NCBI RefSeq assembly: GCF_000011805.1
Contig: NC_006840.2
Direction: 5' to 3' (one strand)
Origin: Aliivibrio fischeri ES114
Lineage (GTDB): Bacteria > Pseudomonadota > Gammaproteobacteria > Enterobacterales > Vibrionaceae
DNA: 32,000 bases
Of the stretch, positions 18,642 through 28,515 are shown piece after piece (the stretch's first letter is position 1; each line of letters starts with the position of its first letter). Below the pieces are notes generated by a model. That model made no database searches. It was not told where the DNA came from and worked only from the letters and a program-made list of their open reading frames with translations. Position numbers and translations under genes: made by a program.

Positions 18642-18667
18642 TGATGGAACTTAAATACAATAAGGCG

Positions 18668-19684
18668 CTATGGGCGAGTAACAAAACCTACTGCTTCATA
18701 CGCTTTTTTCAATGTCACAGCTGCACGCTCAGACGCTTTCTCAGCACCCGCTTTCATTACTGCATCCATATAAGCACGATCTTCACGAATACGCTTGTAT
18801 TCTTCTTGGATCGGCTCAAGCATAGTAACAATCGCTTCACCCACATCTTTCTTGAAAGGACCGTACATTTCAACACCTTGGTATTGTGCTTCGATCTCTT
18901 CAAACGTTTTGCCAGTCGCAGCAGAGTACAGACCCATAAGGTTTGAAATACCCGCCTTATTTTCCCAATCGTGAGCAATGCGTGGTGGCATTTCTGCATC
19001 CGTTTGTGCTTTATTGATCTTCTTAAGAATTGACTTAGGCTCTTCTAACAGCGTGATTACGTTCTTACGGTTATCATCTGATTTAGACATTTTCTTCGTC
19101 GCATCTTGTAGGCTCATAACACGAGCATTCACTTGTGGAATGTAAGGTTCTGGCACAGTAAAGATTGGCGCTTCTGGGCTATAAATATTATTAAAGCGTG
19201 TTGCGATATCACGCGCTAATTCTAAGTGTTGTTTCTGATCACTACCAACAGGCACTTGATGTGCACCATAAAGTAGAATATCCGCTGCCATTAGCACCGG
19301 GTAATCAAATAAACCAACATTTACATCATTTGAATGACGTGCTGATTTATCTTTAAATTGAGTCATACGGCTCAACTCACCCATTTGAGTGTAACAGTTA
19401 AGAAGCCAACCAAGCTGAGCATGCTCTGGAACGTGTGACTGAACAAATAGCGTGCTCTTCTTTGGATCAACACCAACTGCTAGACAAATTGCCAACGCAT
19501 CTAGTGTCGCTTCATGCAGTGCTTTAGGATCTTGACGAACCGTAATTGCATGCAAATCTACCACACAGTACTGACAATCATAATCGTCTTGCATCTGTTG
19601 CCATTGACGTAGAGCACCCAAGTAGTTACCGATACTTAGTTCACCTGATGGTTGAACGCCACTTAATACGATGGGCTTGCTCAT
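18668..19684 (-). CDS. trpS: tryptophan--tRNA ligase
   Basis: From ATG 19684: [24 protein letters not shown] (class I HIGH-region equivalent) and a KMSKS motif (TKKMSKSDD). 338 aa. The listed ORF start 19726 extends into the upstream hairpin. Confidence 0.95.
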   Translation of the reverse strand: MSKPIVLSGVQPSGELSIGNYLGALRQWQQMQDDYDCQYCVVDLHAITVRQDPKALHEATLDALAICLAVGVDPKKSTLFVQSHVPEHAQLGWLLNCYTQMGELSRMTQFKDKSARHSNDVNVGLFDYPVLMAADILLYGAHQVPVGSDQKQHLELARDIATRFNNIYSPEAPIFTVPEPYIPQVNARVMSLQDATKKMSKSDDNRKNVITLLEEPKSILKKINKAQTDAEMPPRIAHDWENKAGISNLMGLYSAATGKTFEEIEAQYQGVEMYGPFKKDVGEAIVTMLEPIQEEYKRIREDRAYMDAVMKAGAEKASERAAVTLKKAYEAVGFVTRP

Positions 19685-19708
19685 GGTTATGATTCCTTGT
19701 TTAACTGT

Positions 19709-19742
19709 AAAAATTAAATGATCCACTGTGGGATCATTTAAT
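19709..19742 (-). terminator. perfect 12-bp hairpin (terminator/attenuator) between gph and trpS
   Basis: ATTAAATGATCC (19713-19724), loop actgtg, GGATCATTTAAT (19731-19742). On the minus strand it is followed by TTTTA. AT-rich stem with one GATC in each arm. Confidence 0.55.
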
Positions 19743-19803
19743 GGTTATTCTATATAGTTTGATAAGCCTGAACATTAATAGTTACTGTACTTATCAATGA
19801 ATA

Positions 19804-20487
19804 CTATCTTGCCATACTCAACACGGCTAATAAATACTTAAATTCATCGCTAACTACATCAGGTTGGCTATCTGAGATAGGTTCGCCATGATTATAGCCA
19901 TAAGTCAGTGCAAAGCTATGACATCCGGCAGCTTGAGCCGCTTGAATATCATTTTTAGAATCCCCGACCATTAGCATTTGAGGCGCCGTTAAACCATGTT
20001 TATCAAGCAGCCAATTTAGCGCAAAAGGATTCGGTTTCTTCTCGGCGAACGTATCACCACCAATCACCTCACTAAATAAGTGAGTAAGCTGATGCTGCTC
20101 AAGAAGTTCAGGTACAAATTGAGACGGTTTGTTCGTCACCAACGCCAAGGTATAACCTTGCTGATGCAATCGTTCTAACGTGTCTTTGACATCAGGATAG
20201 AGGTGGCTAAGTTGATGACCGCCATCATGATAATGTTGATCTAATCTTGCACGAGCTTGCTTTATTAATTCAGCATCAAGATCGTCTTTCACGATATAGT
20301 TTTGACTTAACGCGCGAGAAACGAGTACATCTGCACCATTACCAATCCAATGAGATGCTTGCTCTAATGTAACGCGAGGGTATCCCATGTCTTGCATTGC
20401 AAGATCCACCGCTCGAGCTAAATCAGGAACGCTATCAAGTAGCGTCCCATCTAAATCAAAAGCGATCAGTTTGATATCTTCAAACAT
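19804..20487 (-). CDS. gph: phosphoglycolate phosphatase (HAD superfamily)
   Basis: HAD motif I FDLDGTLLDS and motif IV MVGDSKNDIQAA. Conserved dam-rpe-gph-trpS order. Confidence 0.9.
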   Translation of the reverse strand: MFEDIKLIAFDLDGTLLDSVPDLARAVDLAMQDMGYPRVTLEQASHWIGNGADVLVSRALSQNYIVKDDLDAELIKQARARLDQHYHDGGHQLSHLYPDVKDTLERLHQQGYTLALVTNKPSQFVPELLEQHQLTHLFSEVIGGDTFAEKKPNPFALNWLLDKHGLTAPQMLMVGDSKNDIQAAQAAGCHSFALTYGYNHGEPISDSQPDVVSDEFKYLLAVLSMAR

Positions 20488-20492
20488 GAATC

Positions 20493-21170
20493 TTAGTTAC
20501 CTTTTACTTTTGCTAATTCAGCACGCATTTCATCAATCACTTCTTTGTAGTTTGGTTGATTAAAGATAGCTGAACCTGCAACAAACATATCTGCACCCGC
20601 TTCTGCGATTTCACGGATGTTATCCACTTTTACGCCACCATCAATTTCAAGACGAATATCACGACCTGACTCGTCAATCATTTTGCGTACTGCACGTAGC
20701 TTATCAAGTGTATTTGGAATGAAAGATTGACCGCCAAAGCCTGGGTTTACAGACATTAGTAAGATCATATCCACTTTGTCCATGATGTATTCAAGGCATG
20801 ATAATGGTGTTGCCGGGTTTAAAACTACACCAGCCTGACAACCATGCTCTTTGATTAATTGAAGTGTACGATCAATATGCTCTGAAGCTTCTACATGGAA
20901 AGTGATCATTGTTGCACCCGCTTTTGCAAACTCAGGAACAATACTATCAACAGGCTTAACCATTAAATGAACATCAATAGGAGCTGTGATGCCGTAATCA
21001 CGTAATGCTTTACAGATTGGAGCACCAAAAGTTAGATTTGGAACATAGTGGTTATCCATTACATCGAAGTGAACCACATCAGCACCTGACGCTAGTACTT
21101 TTTCAACGTCTTCGCCTAGACGAGCGAAATCAGCAGAGAGAATAGATGGTGCGATCAAAAAATCTTTCAT
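20493..21170 (-). CDS. rpe: ribulose-phosphate 3-epimerase
   Basis: [43 protein letters not shown], and DGG near the C terminus. Confidence 0.96.
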   Translation of the reverse strand: MKDFLIAPSILSADFARLGEDVEKVLASGADVVHFDVMDNHYVPNLTFGAPICKALRDYGITAPIDVHLMVKPVDSIVPEFAKAGATMITFHVEASEHIDRTLQLIKEHGCQAGVVLNPATPLSCLEYIMDKVDMILLMSVNPGFGGQSFIPNTLDKLRAVRKMIDESGRDIRLEIDGGVKVDNIREIAEAGADMFVAGSAIFNQPNYKEVIDEMRAELAKVKGN

Positions 21171-21337
21171 GTTGAGCCTCAGGTTAGTAATTATTTAGAT
21201 ACCGCTAAATTGATATAGCGCAATCGATTAAATCGACGGCGCAATTCTACCTGATATTTTGGGGGCTGTCTTATGTGAATAAAGGGACACAAATCACATA
21301 AATCTGGCGTTCGAAGAAAAAAGAGTCTTAAGTTAAC

Positions 21338-22168
21338 TTATTCTGTGCATTTAGGTGCATGAAACAAAGCCATAAGCTCATCCACTTTATTTCGCCCAGC
21401 ACCATTTCGACTAATGGTTCTTTTCACTTTAATCGTATTAAGTGTCGCACCATGATATAAGCGTCGAGTCAGTGTTGTGTCGTGATTTGAAATCAATACT
21501 GGAATATCACGCTCAAATGCGGCTTTCTCAGCAATATCAGCTAATGCCGCTTGATCATCCAACGAAAAACCATTTCCTGCATAAGAGGTAAAATTAGCCG
21601 TCGTTGATAATGGTGCATAAGGAGGATCACAATAAACAACCGCACCTTTACGAGCACGTTTAAAAGTATCCATATACCCTTCACAAACAAACGTCGCTTT
21701 TTTCGCTTTTTCAGCAAAAAACACCATTTCTTTCTCTGGGAAATACGGTTTTTTATACGAACCAAATGGTACATTAAAGCCACCTTTTTTGTTATAACGG
21801 CATAAACCATTAAAGCCATGGCGGTTCATATATAAAAATAATAACGAACGACGATAAGTATCAGTACACTGATTAAACTCAACACGTAACGCTAAATACA
21901 CTTCTTTTTTATTGTATTCTGGTTGAAATAACGCTCGAGCGTCTTCAATAAAACGCTCGGGTTCATCTTTAAGGTGATTATAAAGATTGATAAGGTCTGG
22001 ATTAATATCCGCTAATAGATAATGGTCATAATCTGTATTCAAAAATACAGAACCAGCCCCAACAAAAGGCTCGATCAATTTTCTAGCATCAGGGAGATGA
22101 CGTTGAATTTCTTCTACTAGGCTATATTTACCGCCAGCCCACTTGAGAAATGCGCGATGCTTTTTCAT
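21338..22168 (-). CDS. dam: DNA adenine (GATC) methyltransferase Dam
   Basis: FLKWAGGKY, SAM-binding EPFVGAGSVF, catalytic DPPY (VYCDPPYAPLS). Conserved position between damX and rpe. Confidence 0.95.
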   Translation of the reverse strand: MKKHRAFLKWAGGKYSLVEEIQRHLPDARKLIEPFVGAGSVFLNTDYDHYLLADINPDLINLYNHLKDEPERFIEDARALFQPEYNKKEVYLALRVEFNQCTDTYRRSLLFLYMNRHGFNGLCRYNKKGGFNVPFGSYKKPYFPEKEMVFFAEKAKKATFVCEGYMDTFKRARKGAVVYCDPPYAPLSTTANFTSYAGNGFSLDDQAALADIAEKAAFERDIPVLISNHDTTLTRRLYHGATLNTIKVKRTISRNGAGRNKVDELMALFHAPKCTE

Positions 22169-22250
22169 ACGTCTTTTACGCCTTTTTACCTTAATCCAGA
22201 AAGCGGGGGATTGTACCCTATTTTTTAGCTAGGATCTGTTTATCTTATGG

Positions 22251-23774
22251 TTATTTTACAGAATCAATCTCGCGATGGACTTGTACCAACGATTTAGCCC
22301 AAGGACCCAAGCTTTGAACAGACGCTGGCAAAGTTTTTACTGCCCCACGAGCGGATGAAATTGATTCATAATCACCATAACTAACAATATACCAAATAGA
22401 ACCATTTCTTAATGCTTGATAAATACGAGCAGAACCTTCTATTTTATGGTCATCCAAAAATTCTTGCACTGCTTCTTCATTAGTCAAAGCCGCTAATTGC
22501 AATATATAACGCTTACTTGAAATCGCTTTTAGCTCTTTATCAGCTAAAGTAAATGTGATTTTAGAGTCTGCTTTGTCAGGCGTTACTGTAGAAGCCGATG
22601 TTTTTTCATCTTTTTTCTTACTTTCAGGTGTTGTTTTTGGCTTATCCGCTTTTTCTTGTGTCACTGTAGGTGCTTTTTCAACCGTTGGCTTTTCTTCTGG
22701 TTGAACAGGTTCAACGTCCAGTGTTGGCTTCTCTTGTACTTCTTTATCTTCAGTTACTAAAGAGTCAACTAACTCTGAAGGAACAACCACACGTTTCCCT
22801 GTTTCTTCTTTTGTATCAGCAATGACCGGAGTATCAATGACATCTGGCGGAATAGAATGCGTATCGTCTTCTGGTTGATTCGTCTTATCTACTTCAGTAT
22901 CAATTGACGTTGGATTTCCATCTAAATCTAATGCAACTCGAGTATCTTGCTCTAATGTGTTATCGACAATAGATGAAATTGGCGTCGTTGATGATTGATT
23001 TAACCACCAATATGCTCCAGCAGAGCCAAGTAATAAAACAGACGCTAGTCCTAAAATACCAACAGGAGAACGAGTCACTGAACGAATAATAACGCGACGC
23101 TCTGTTTTCTTCTCCCCAAGAGCAACTAGCTCAGCAGGCAGACGATTACATTTACGAGTCAAGGTACGAAGACGCGATTTTTCGTCTTTATCGACAGCAA
23201 AACGAACCACTAACATTTCAGCAAAGGTAACGGCTTCTTCTTCTGTTAACGGATTAATATCAATATCAACAGGCTTATTATCCTGTCCATAAGACATTTG
23301 AGATAATGTTTGAGTTAGCTTTCCTTTTTCAGCAAATAATAAAATATTAATTTGCCAATTTGGTGCCGATTGCGCTTTTTGAACCAATAGCCATAACTCA
23401 CTTAGAAGCTCAGATGAAAGCAAATGCGCATCATCAATCGCTAATACTAAGTTACACTTTTCACCAGCAAGCATTCGACCAACACTATCAACAACAGAAT
23501 CAGACTCATTAAACAACGGATCTCGAACCACTTGCTTTAAAATAATGCCACGCTGTTGTTGAATAGATTGATTTGGGTGACACATCAATAGCACTTGATC
23601 TGCATCATCACACCATTTTTCAAGATAACGCTGAGCTAGCCACGATTTACCAGAGCCTTTGACTCCTTCTATGTGAACTAAATTAGAACCAAAACGAGAA
23701 ACAAACTGAATGCGAGATAACACATCAATTTGACTTTCTAATTCCAAAACAGTTAAATCATGACCAATACTCAT
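22251..23774 (-). CDS. damX: DamX-slot protein: ExeA/GspA-like P-loop domain + TM helix + Pro/Glu/Lys-rich linker + C-terminal SPOR domain
   Basis: Walker A GVKGSGKS (aa 37-44), Walker-B-like NLVLAIDDAHLL (aa 108-119), TM PVGILGLASVLLLGSAGAYWWL (aa 237-258). SPOR-like C terminus (KRYILQLAALTNEEAV...WYIVSYGDYESISSARGAV, aa about 421-500). Located between aroB and dam. Confidence 0.8.
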   Translation of the reverse strand: MSIGHDLTVLELESQIDVLSRIQFVSRFGSNLVHIEGVKGSGKSWLAQRYLEKWCDDADQVLLMCHPNQSIQQQRGIILKQVVRDPLFNESDSVVDSVGRMLAGEKCNLVLAIDDAHLLSSELLSELWLLVQKAQSAPNWQINILLFAEKGKLTQTLSQMSYGQDNKPVDIDINPLTEEEAVTFAEMLVVRFAVDKDEKSRLRTLTRKCNRLPAELVALGEKKTERRVIIRSVTRSPVGILGLASVLLLGSAGAYWWLNQSSTTPISSIVDNTLEQDTRVALDLDGNPTSIDTEVDKTNQPEDDTHSIPPDVIDTPVIADTKEETGKRVVVPSELVDSLVTEDKEVQEKPTLDVEPVQPEEKPTVEKAPTVTQEKADKPKTTPESKKKDEKTSASTVTPDKADSKITFTLADKELKAISSKRYILQLAALTNEEAVQEFLDDHKIEGSARIYQALRNGSIWYIVSYGDYESISSARGAVKTLPASVQSLGPWAKSLVQVHREIDSVK

Positions 23775-23782
23775 ATCTTTTT

Positions 23783-24871
23783 CTATGCCTTACATTGCTC
23801 AATTACTTCAGCAAGTACGCTCTCAGAAACACCTGTAACTACTTCAGAGCTACCAATGGAAGTTGGTAGAACCAAACGTAATTTACCTGATAAGACTTTC
23901 TTATCACGCATCATGTGCTTCATAAACGCATCTACTGTCATTTCTTTTGGTGCTTTTAATGGTAACTTCGCTTTTTCTAAAATAGAACAAATGCGCTCTA
24001 CATCAGATTGGGAAATTAATCCCTCTTTTTGCGCGGTTACCGCTGCCATAACAGTTCCGGCAGAAACTGCTTCACCATGAAGCCAATTACCGTAACCCAT
24101 TTCAGCTTCAATCGCATGACCAAAAGTATGACCTAGGTTCAAGAGTGCACGCATTCCTGATTCTTTTTCATCTTTAGCAACGACATCCGCTTTGATTTGA
24201 CAACAACGTGAAATCGCATAAATCAACGCATCATGATCTAACGCGTATAATTTATCCATATTCTCATCAAGCCAATCAAAAAACTCTCTATCAACAATGA
24301 TGCCATATTTAATCACCTCAGCCATTCCTGCCGCAAATTCACGCTCAGGTAATGTTTTAAGGCAGTTTATATCAATAATAACGGCTTTTGGTTGATAGAA
24401 AGCACCAACCATATTCTTACCAAGAGGGTGATTAATGGCCGTCTTGCCGCCAACAGATGAATCAACCTGAGAAAGAAGCGTGGTAGGTATTTGAATAAAG
24501 TCGACACCTCGTTGATAGCAAGCAGAAGCAAAACCAACAACATCACCAACAACACCACCACCTAAAGCAACAATCGTCACATCACGACTGTGATTTTCTT
24601 CAAGTAAGAAAGTAAGTATTTGGTTAAAAGTATCTAAATTTTTATATTGTTCACCATCGTCTAATTCAAGCAGTGATACTTGGCATTCAAAGGTGTTTAA
24701 AGTGTCAATAATTTGTTGGGCATACAGAGGCGCAACCGTCACATTACTGATAACGACAACACGTTTTTTGGCAGGTATTACAGATGAAAAATGCGCCGGG
24801 TTGCAAAACAACTCGGCGCCGATAGAGATGGGATAGCTACGTTCTGCTAAATCTACATGAATCGTTTCCAT
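23783..24871 (-). CDS. aroB: 3-dehydroquinate synthase
   Basis: 362 aa. [45 protein letters not shown]. Confidence 0.96.
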   Translation of the reverse strand: METIHVDLAERSYPISIGAELFCNPAHFSSVIPAKKRVVVISNVTVAPLYAQQIIDTLNTFECQVSLLELDDGEQYKNLDTFNQILTFLLEENHSRDVTIVALGGGVVGDVVGFASACYQRGVDFIQIPTTLLSQVDSSVGGKTAINHPLGKNMVGAFYQPKAVIIDINCLKTLPEREFAAGMAEVIKYGIIVDREFFDWLDENMDKLYALDHDALIYAISRCCQIKADVVAKDEKESGMRALLNLGHTFGHAIEAEMGYGNWLHGEAVSAGTVMAAVTAQKEGLISQSDVERICSILEKAKLPLKAPKEMTVDAFMKHMMRDKKVLSGKLRLVLPTSIGSSEVVTGVSESVLAEVIEQCKA

Positions 24872-24907
24872 GATTCGTTCCCACTTTATATCTATTAATT
24901 GCTTAAA

Positions 24908-25426
24908 TTAACGCTCTTCAAGCATTTGAATGATTTGGTTTGCAACTACTTTTGCACTTTGATCATCGGTACGAACAACGTAATCAGACACTTCTTCATA
25001 AAGTGCGTTACGTTCTTTCGCTAGTGCTTCTAACACTTCACGAGGCTCATCAGTTTGAAGCAGTGGACGTTTTTTATCACGTTGTGTGCGTGCTAACTGC
25101 TTCTCAATTGTAGTTTCAAGATATACAACAACACCACGAGCAGATAAACGATTACGACTCTCTTTACTAATTACAGAGCCACCACCCGTCGCAAGAACAA
25201 TACCTTGCTCTTGAGTAAGATCGTTAATCACACCTTCTTCACGTTTGCGGAAACCTTCTTCACCTTCAACATCGAAAACCCAAGCAATATCTGCGCCTGT
25301 GCGTTCTTCGATTACCGTATCAGAATCAAGAAACTCCATATGAAGTTGTTGAGCTAAGTGTCTACCAATTGTGCTTTTGCCGGCGCCCATTGGGCCAACA
25401 AGGAAAATATTTCGTTTTTCAGCCAT
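24908..25426 (-). CDS. aroK: shikimate kinase I
   Basis: [22 protein letters not shown] (Walker A), LATGGG. 172 aa. Confidence 0.96.
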
Positions 25427-25650
25427 TTTTCAGAAATTATGCAAAGTTCATTAACGACATTGCCAACAGTTGTCTCTTTAATAGACGCTCGCCTGTGGCA
25501 CCATATTCCTCACAGATATTTCGTGATCAGACCGAAAATTATCTCAGCTAACTAGTAGTGATTGCAATAGCTAGATGAAAAGTTCAGCATAATTATTTTT
25601 TTTTACCGCTTTTTTTTCCATAAATCATGCTGAATTTGAATACTATCTCA

Positions 25651-27399
25651 TTACTGTATAACAACTTTTGGCGTAACGAATATCAATAATTCTTTTTTAC
25701 CTATATTTTCAGAGCTTCGACGAAATAACGCTCCAAGTAACGGTAAGTCACCAAGAACTGGCACTTTCTCAACGCTATTTGATAACGAGTGTTGATAAAT
25801 ACCACCTAAAACAACCGTTTCCCCATTATCTACCAAAACTTGGGTTCCAATACGTTGTGTATCAATCGCTACGGCTTCACCGGTACCTGTTTTAACCACT
25901 TGCCCCGGTCTATCTTGTGTTACCGTTAAGTCTAAAACTAATCGATTATCAGGCGTAATTTGTGGCGTCACCATTAAGCTTAATACCGCTTTTTTAAATG
26001 AAACGGATGTTGCCCCACTGGATGAAGCCTCTAAGTAAGGGATCTCTGTACCTTGTTCAATATACGCAGGTTTCTTATTGGTGGTAATCAAACGTGGACT
26101 AGAGATAATCTCAGCCTTAGATTCAGCTTGAAGTGCCGAAAGTTCTAAATCAAGCAATAAATCAGAGCCTAATTTCGCTACCTGAAAAGCAATACTTGAA
26201 GCGGCAGGATTCGCTAATCCTAGATTCACATTTAAGAAATCATCGACAGGAAGACTATTATTGCCACTCTTCTTATCATCACTTCCACCACCATCATACA
26301 ACCCCACAGCGGCTAAATTGCTCTCTATAGAACCACCAACCGTTGTACTGCCATTGGTATTCGTTATCCCCCAACGAACCCCTAACTCATCTAAGTTACC
26401 TTCATTGACCGTTACAATACGAGCTTCAATTTGAACCTGTTTAATTGGAATATCTAACGTATCAATGATGTCTTTAATTACCGTAATGTTCTCTGGAAGA
26501 TCTCTTAACAATAAAGAGTTTGTACGCTCATCTACCGTGATACTGCCACGGCTAGATAACATGGTAATTTCACCTTCACCAACAAGCAGCTCTGCAATAT
26601 CTGACGCTTTAGCGTATTTAATAGAAAGGATCTCAGATGATAGCGCAGCCAGCTCAGATGCCATTTGAGCTTGCTCTAATACTTGCTGCTCTTGTGCATC
26701 AAGCTCTGTTTTGGGTGCGATCAAAACAACATTACCCTCGACACGTTTATCTAACCCTTTAACTTGAAGAATAATATCAAGCACTTGCTGCCATGGCACA
26801 CCATCCAGACGTAAGGTTAAATTCCCCGTAACAGAGTCAGCAACAACCAAGTTAAAATCATTATAATCCGCGATCAGCTGCAATACATGACGAACTGGAA
26901 TATCTTGGAAGTTAATCGAAATAGGCTTACTTTTATCTTCATTATTGGAGCTAATCGGCGATTTTTTCTCACTCTCTGGCAATTGAGATACCACCACTTG
27001 TAAGGAAGGTCCTTTCAGGAAGTAGTCATATTGATAGTCACCTTTAACATCAACAGATAAAACGGTACTACTTGGCTCTCTAAATGTTTCAATACGAGAA
27101 ACAAGAGTGGCAAAATCTTCAACATCTAAGATAACCAATTTATCATCGCTGACTTTGGTGTCATGCAATTCAATAATCAACTTATCTTTTTCTTTACGTA
27201 AATCCACCGTCGCAGCAGCAGAAGCTAGCTCTACTGTTATGACACCTTCTTTTTTCTTACTTAGTTGAAAATCTACTTCAACAAGTTGATTCATCACTGA
27301 CTCTTCAGCAATGGCATTCAAATGAACGAAACTGAACATAATAAATGCACATAACCGAATACAATATGAATTGATGAGTTTATTGCGTCCTAGCGACAT
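25651..27399 (-). CDS. pilQ: type IV pilus secretin PilQ (HofQ/ComE family)
   Basis: Signal peptide, AMIN-like N-terminal region, N0/N1 domains (PISINFQDIPVRHVLQLIADYNDFNLV). C-terminal secretin domain ending VPVLGDLPLLGALFR...ELLIFVTPKVV. Confidence 0.93.
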   Translation of the reverse strand: MSLGRNKLINSYCIRLCAFIMFSFVHLNAIAEESVMNQLVEVDFQLSKKKEGVITVELASAAATVDLRKEKDKLIIELHDTKVSDDKLVILDVEDFATLVSRIETFREPSSTVLSVDVKGDYQYDYFLKGPSLQVVVSQLPESEKKSPISSNNEDKSKPISINFQDIPVRHVLQLIADYNDFNLVVADSVTGNLTLRLDGVPWQQVLDIILQVKGLDKRVEGNVVLIAPKTELDAQEQQVLEQAQMASELAALSSEILSIKYAKASDIAELLVGEGEITMLSSRGSITVDERTNSLLLRDLPENITVIKDIIDTLDIPIKQVQIEARIVTVNEGNLDELGVRWGITNTNGSTTVGGSIESNLAAVGLYDGGGSDDKKSGNNSLPVDDFLNVNLGLANPAASSIAFQVAKLGSDLLLDLELSALQAESKAEIISSPRLITTNKKPAYIEQGTEIPYLEASSSGATSVSFKKAVLSLMVTPQITPDNRLVLDLTVTQDRPGQVVKTGTGEAVAIDTQRIGTQVLVDNGETVVLGGIYQHSLSNSVEKVPVLGDLPLLGALFRRSSENIGKKELLIFVTPKVVIQ

Positions 27400-27425
27400 G
27401 AGAGATTCCTAATCCTTTATTTCAA

Positions 27426-27944
27426 TTAATGTTTCAACGCCAGTTTTACATATCTTTGTTGCCAGCATCCCATTCCATCTGGCAGGGTTTCTTTCAACGT
27501 AATTTGTTTTGATTTAATCGCAACCACTTGACCATTGTTGGTCCCCATGTACTGCCCTTTGCGAACTTTAATCACACTCCCTTTAGGTGTTTGTATCAGA
27601 GCGGTAATGTCTTGGTCTGCTCCCATCACGCCTTTTAAACGTAACTTACGCAATGAATATCGCTCTAATGCTCCCGTTTTTTTTCTGTATTTCGGCTGCC
27701 AACACGTTTTTTTCTTTTTCGGTTGGGTTACCCGTTCAGGTTGCTTCGGAAGAACAAAGGGGGAGCGTGCTTCTGATTGGGCATACACTTCCACCTCAAA
27801 AGGTACAACGTTAGCTAATACTTCCACCTCTTTATGTCCCGATCGTTTAGCATCAGTATAAAAAGTATTAAGAGAGTCCTTATTCGCTTTACACCCAACC
27901 ATCAACGTCAAGGTTATGGCTGAAACAAACATCCGACTATTCAT
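27426..27944 (-). CDS. pilP: type IV pilus assembly lipoprotein PilP
   Basis: Lipobox LMVGC. Size and position between pilO and pilQ fit. Overlaps pilO by 8 nt. Confidence 0.8.
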   Translation of the reverse strand: MNSRMFVSAITLTLMVGCKANKDSLNTFYTDAKRSGHKEVEVLANVVPFEVEVYAQSEARSPFVLPKQPERVTQPKKKKTCWQPKYRKKTGALERYSLRKLRLKGVMGADQDITALIQTPKGSVIKVRKGQYMGTNNGQVVAIKSKQITLKETLPDGMGCWQQRYVKLALKH

Positions 27945-28515
27945 GGTCCCCCCTAAACTGGTAGGTATAAGCCATTACACGAAAGTGCAATGTACTACTC
28001 TCCTTACTTACCCTTTGAATATCTATATTTTCCAAACTAACAATACGCGGTAAATCAGCCATGGCTTCAGAAAACGAGCCGATGTCGTGGTATTGCCCTG
28101 TCAGCTCAATATTCAGAGGTAACTTATATAAAAAGGTTTTATTTTGCTTCTCCCCCCAGTCAATCCGAGTAAAAGTGAGCTTATTTTGGATACCAACTTG
28201 GTTGATACCCGAAAGCATGCTTGCTAACTCTTTTTGAGCGGGTAGCTGCTGCGATAAAAACTCATATCGTAGATTCAATTCATTCAATTGATCTTTCATT
28301 TTAGGCATAGCAGCAACTTGGTTATATTTATATTTCACCGTTGTTTTTAAACTTATTTCATCCAATTTTGACTGCTCGATACTTTCTTGTATTGGTTGTA
28401 ACCAAAACCAGTATCCAGCCCCTTGAATACATAAACACAACAACAAGATCACTAACAGCTGCGGAATAATCGGCCATTCCGTAATTTCATCTAAATCTAA
28501 TTCACGCCAATCCAT
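27937..28515 (-). CDS. pilO: type IV pilus assembly protein PilO
   Basis: Single N-terminal TM (IIPQLLVILLLCLCIQGAGYWFWL), coiled-coil, then ferredoxin-like C-terminal region. TAATG overlap with the pilN stop. Confidence 0.8.
   Translation of the reverse strand: MDWRELDLDEITEWPIIPQLLVILLLCLCIQGAGYWFWLQPIQESIEQSKLDEISLKTTVKYKYNQVAAMPKMKDQLNELNLRYEFLSQQLPAQKELASMLSGINQVGIQNKLTFTRIDWGEKQNKTFLYKLPLNIELTGQYHDIGSFSEAMADLPRIVSLENIDIQRVSKESSTLHFRVMAYTYQFRGDHE

Noticed and set aside
18560-18999. ORFs 18560..18946(+) and 18757..18999(-)
   Set aside because: Antisense or alternative frames of trpS. The first also runs through the trpS terminator.
21218-21242. Imperfect palindrome GCGCAATCGATTAAATCGACGGCGC in the rpe leader region
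   Set aside because: Only 4+4 paired bases with internal mismatches and no T-run. Insufficient for a terminator or operator call.
21273-21299. ATGTGA ... TCACAT inverted repeat in the dam-rpe spacer, CRP-like half-sites
   Set aside because: The half-sites are separated by 15 nt rather than 6, which is incompatible with a canonical CRP dimer site. Possibly a hairpin or coincidence.
21541-21819. ORF 21541..21819(-) within dam
   Set aside because: Alternative frame of dam on the same strand. Lys/Leu-rich composition typical of a frameshifted AT-rich gene.
23760-24561. ORFs 23760..24080(+) and 24367..24561(-) within aroB
   Set aside because: Antisense or alternative-frame shadows.
25358-25555. 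ORFs 25358..25555(+) and 25369..25551(+)
   Set aside because: They start antisense to the aroK N terminus and run into the AT-rich spacer. No SD and no recognisable domain.
26133-27861. ORFs 26133..26330(+), 26465..26668(+), 27535..27861(+)
   Set aside because: Antisense to pilQ and pilP.
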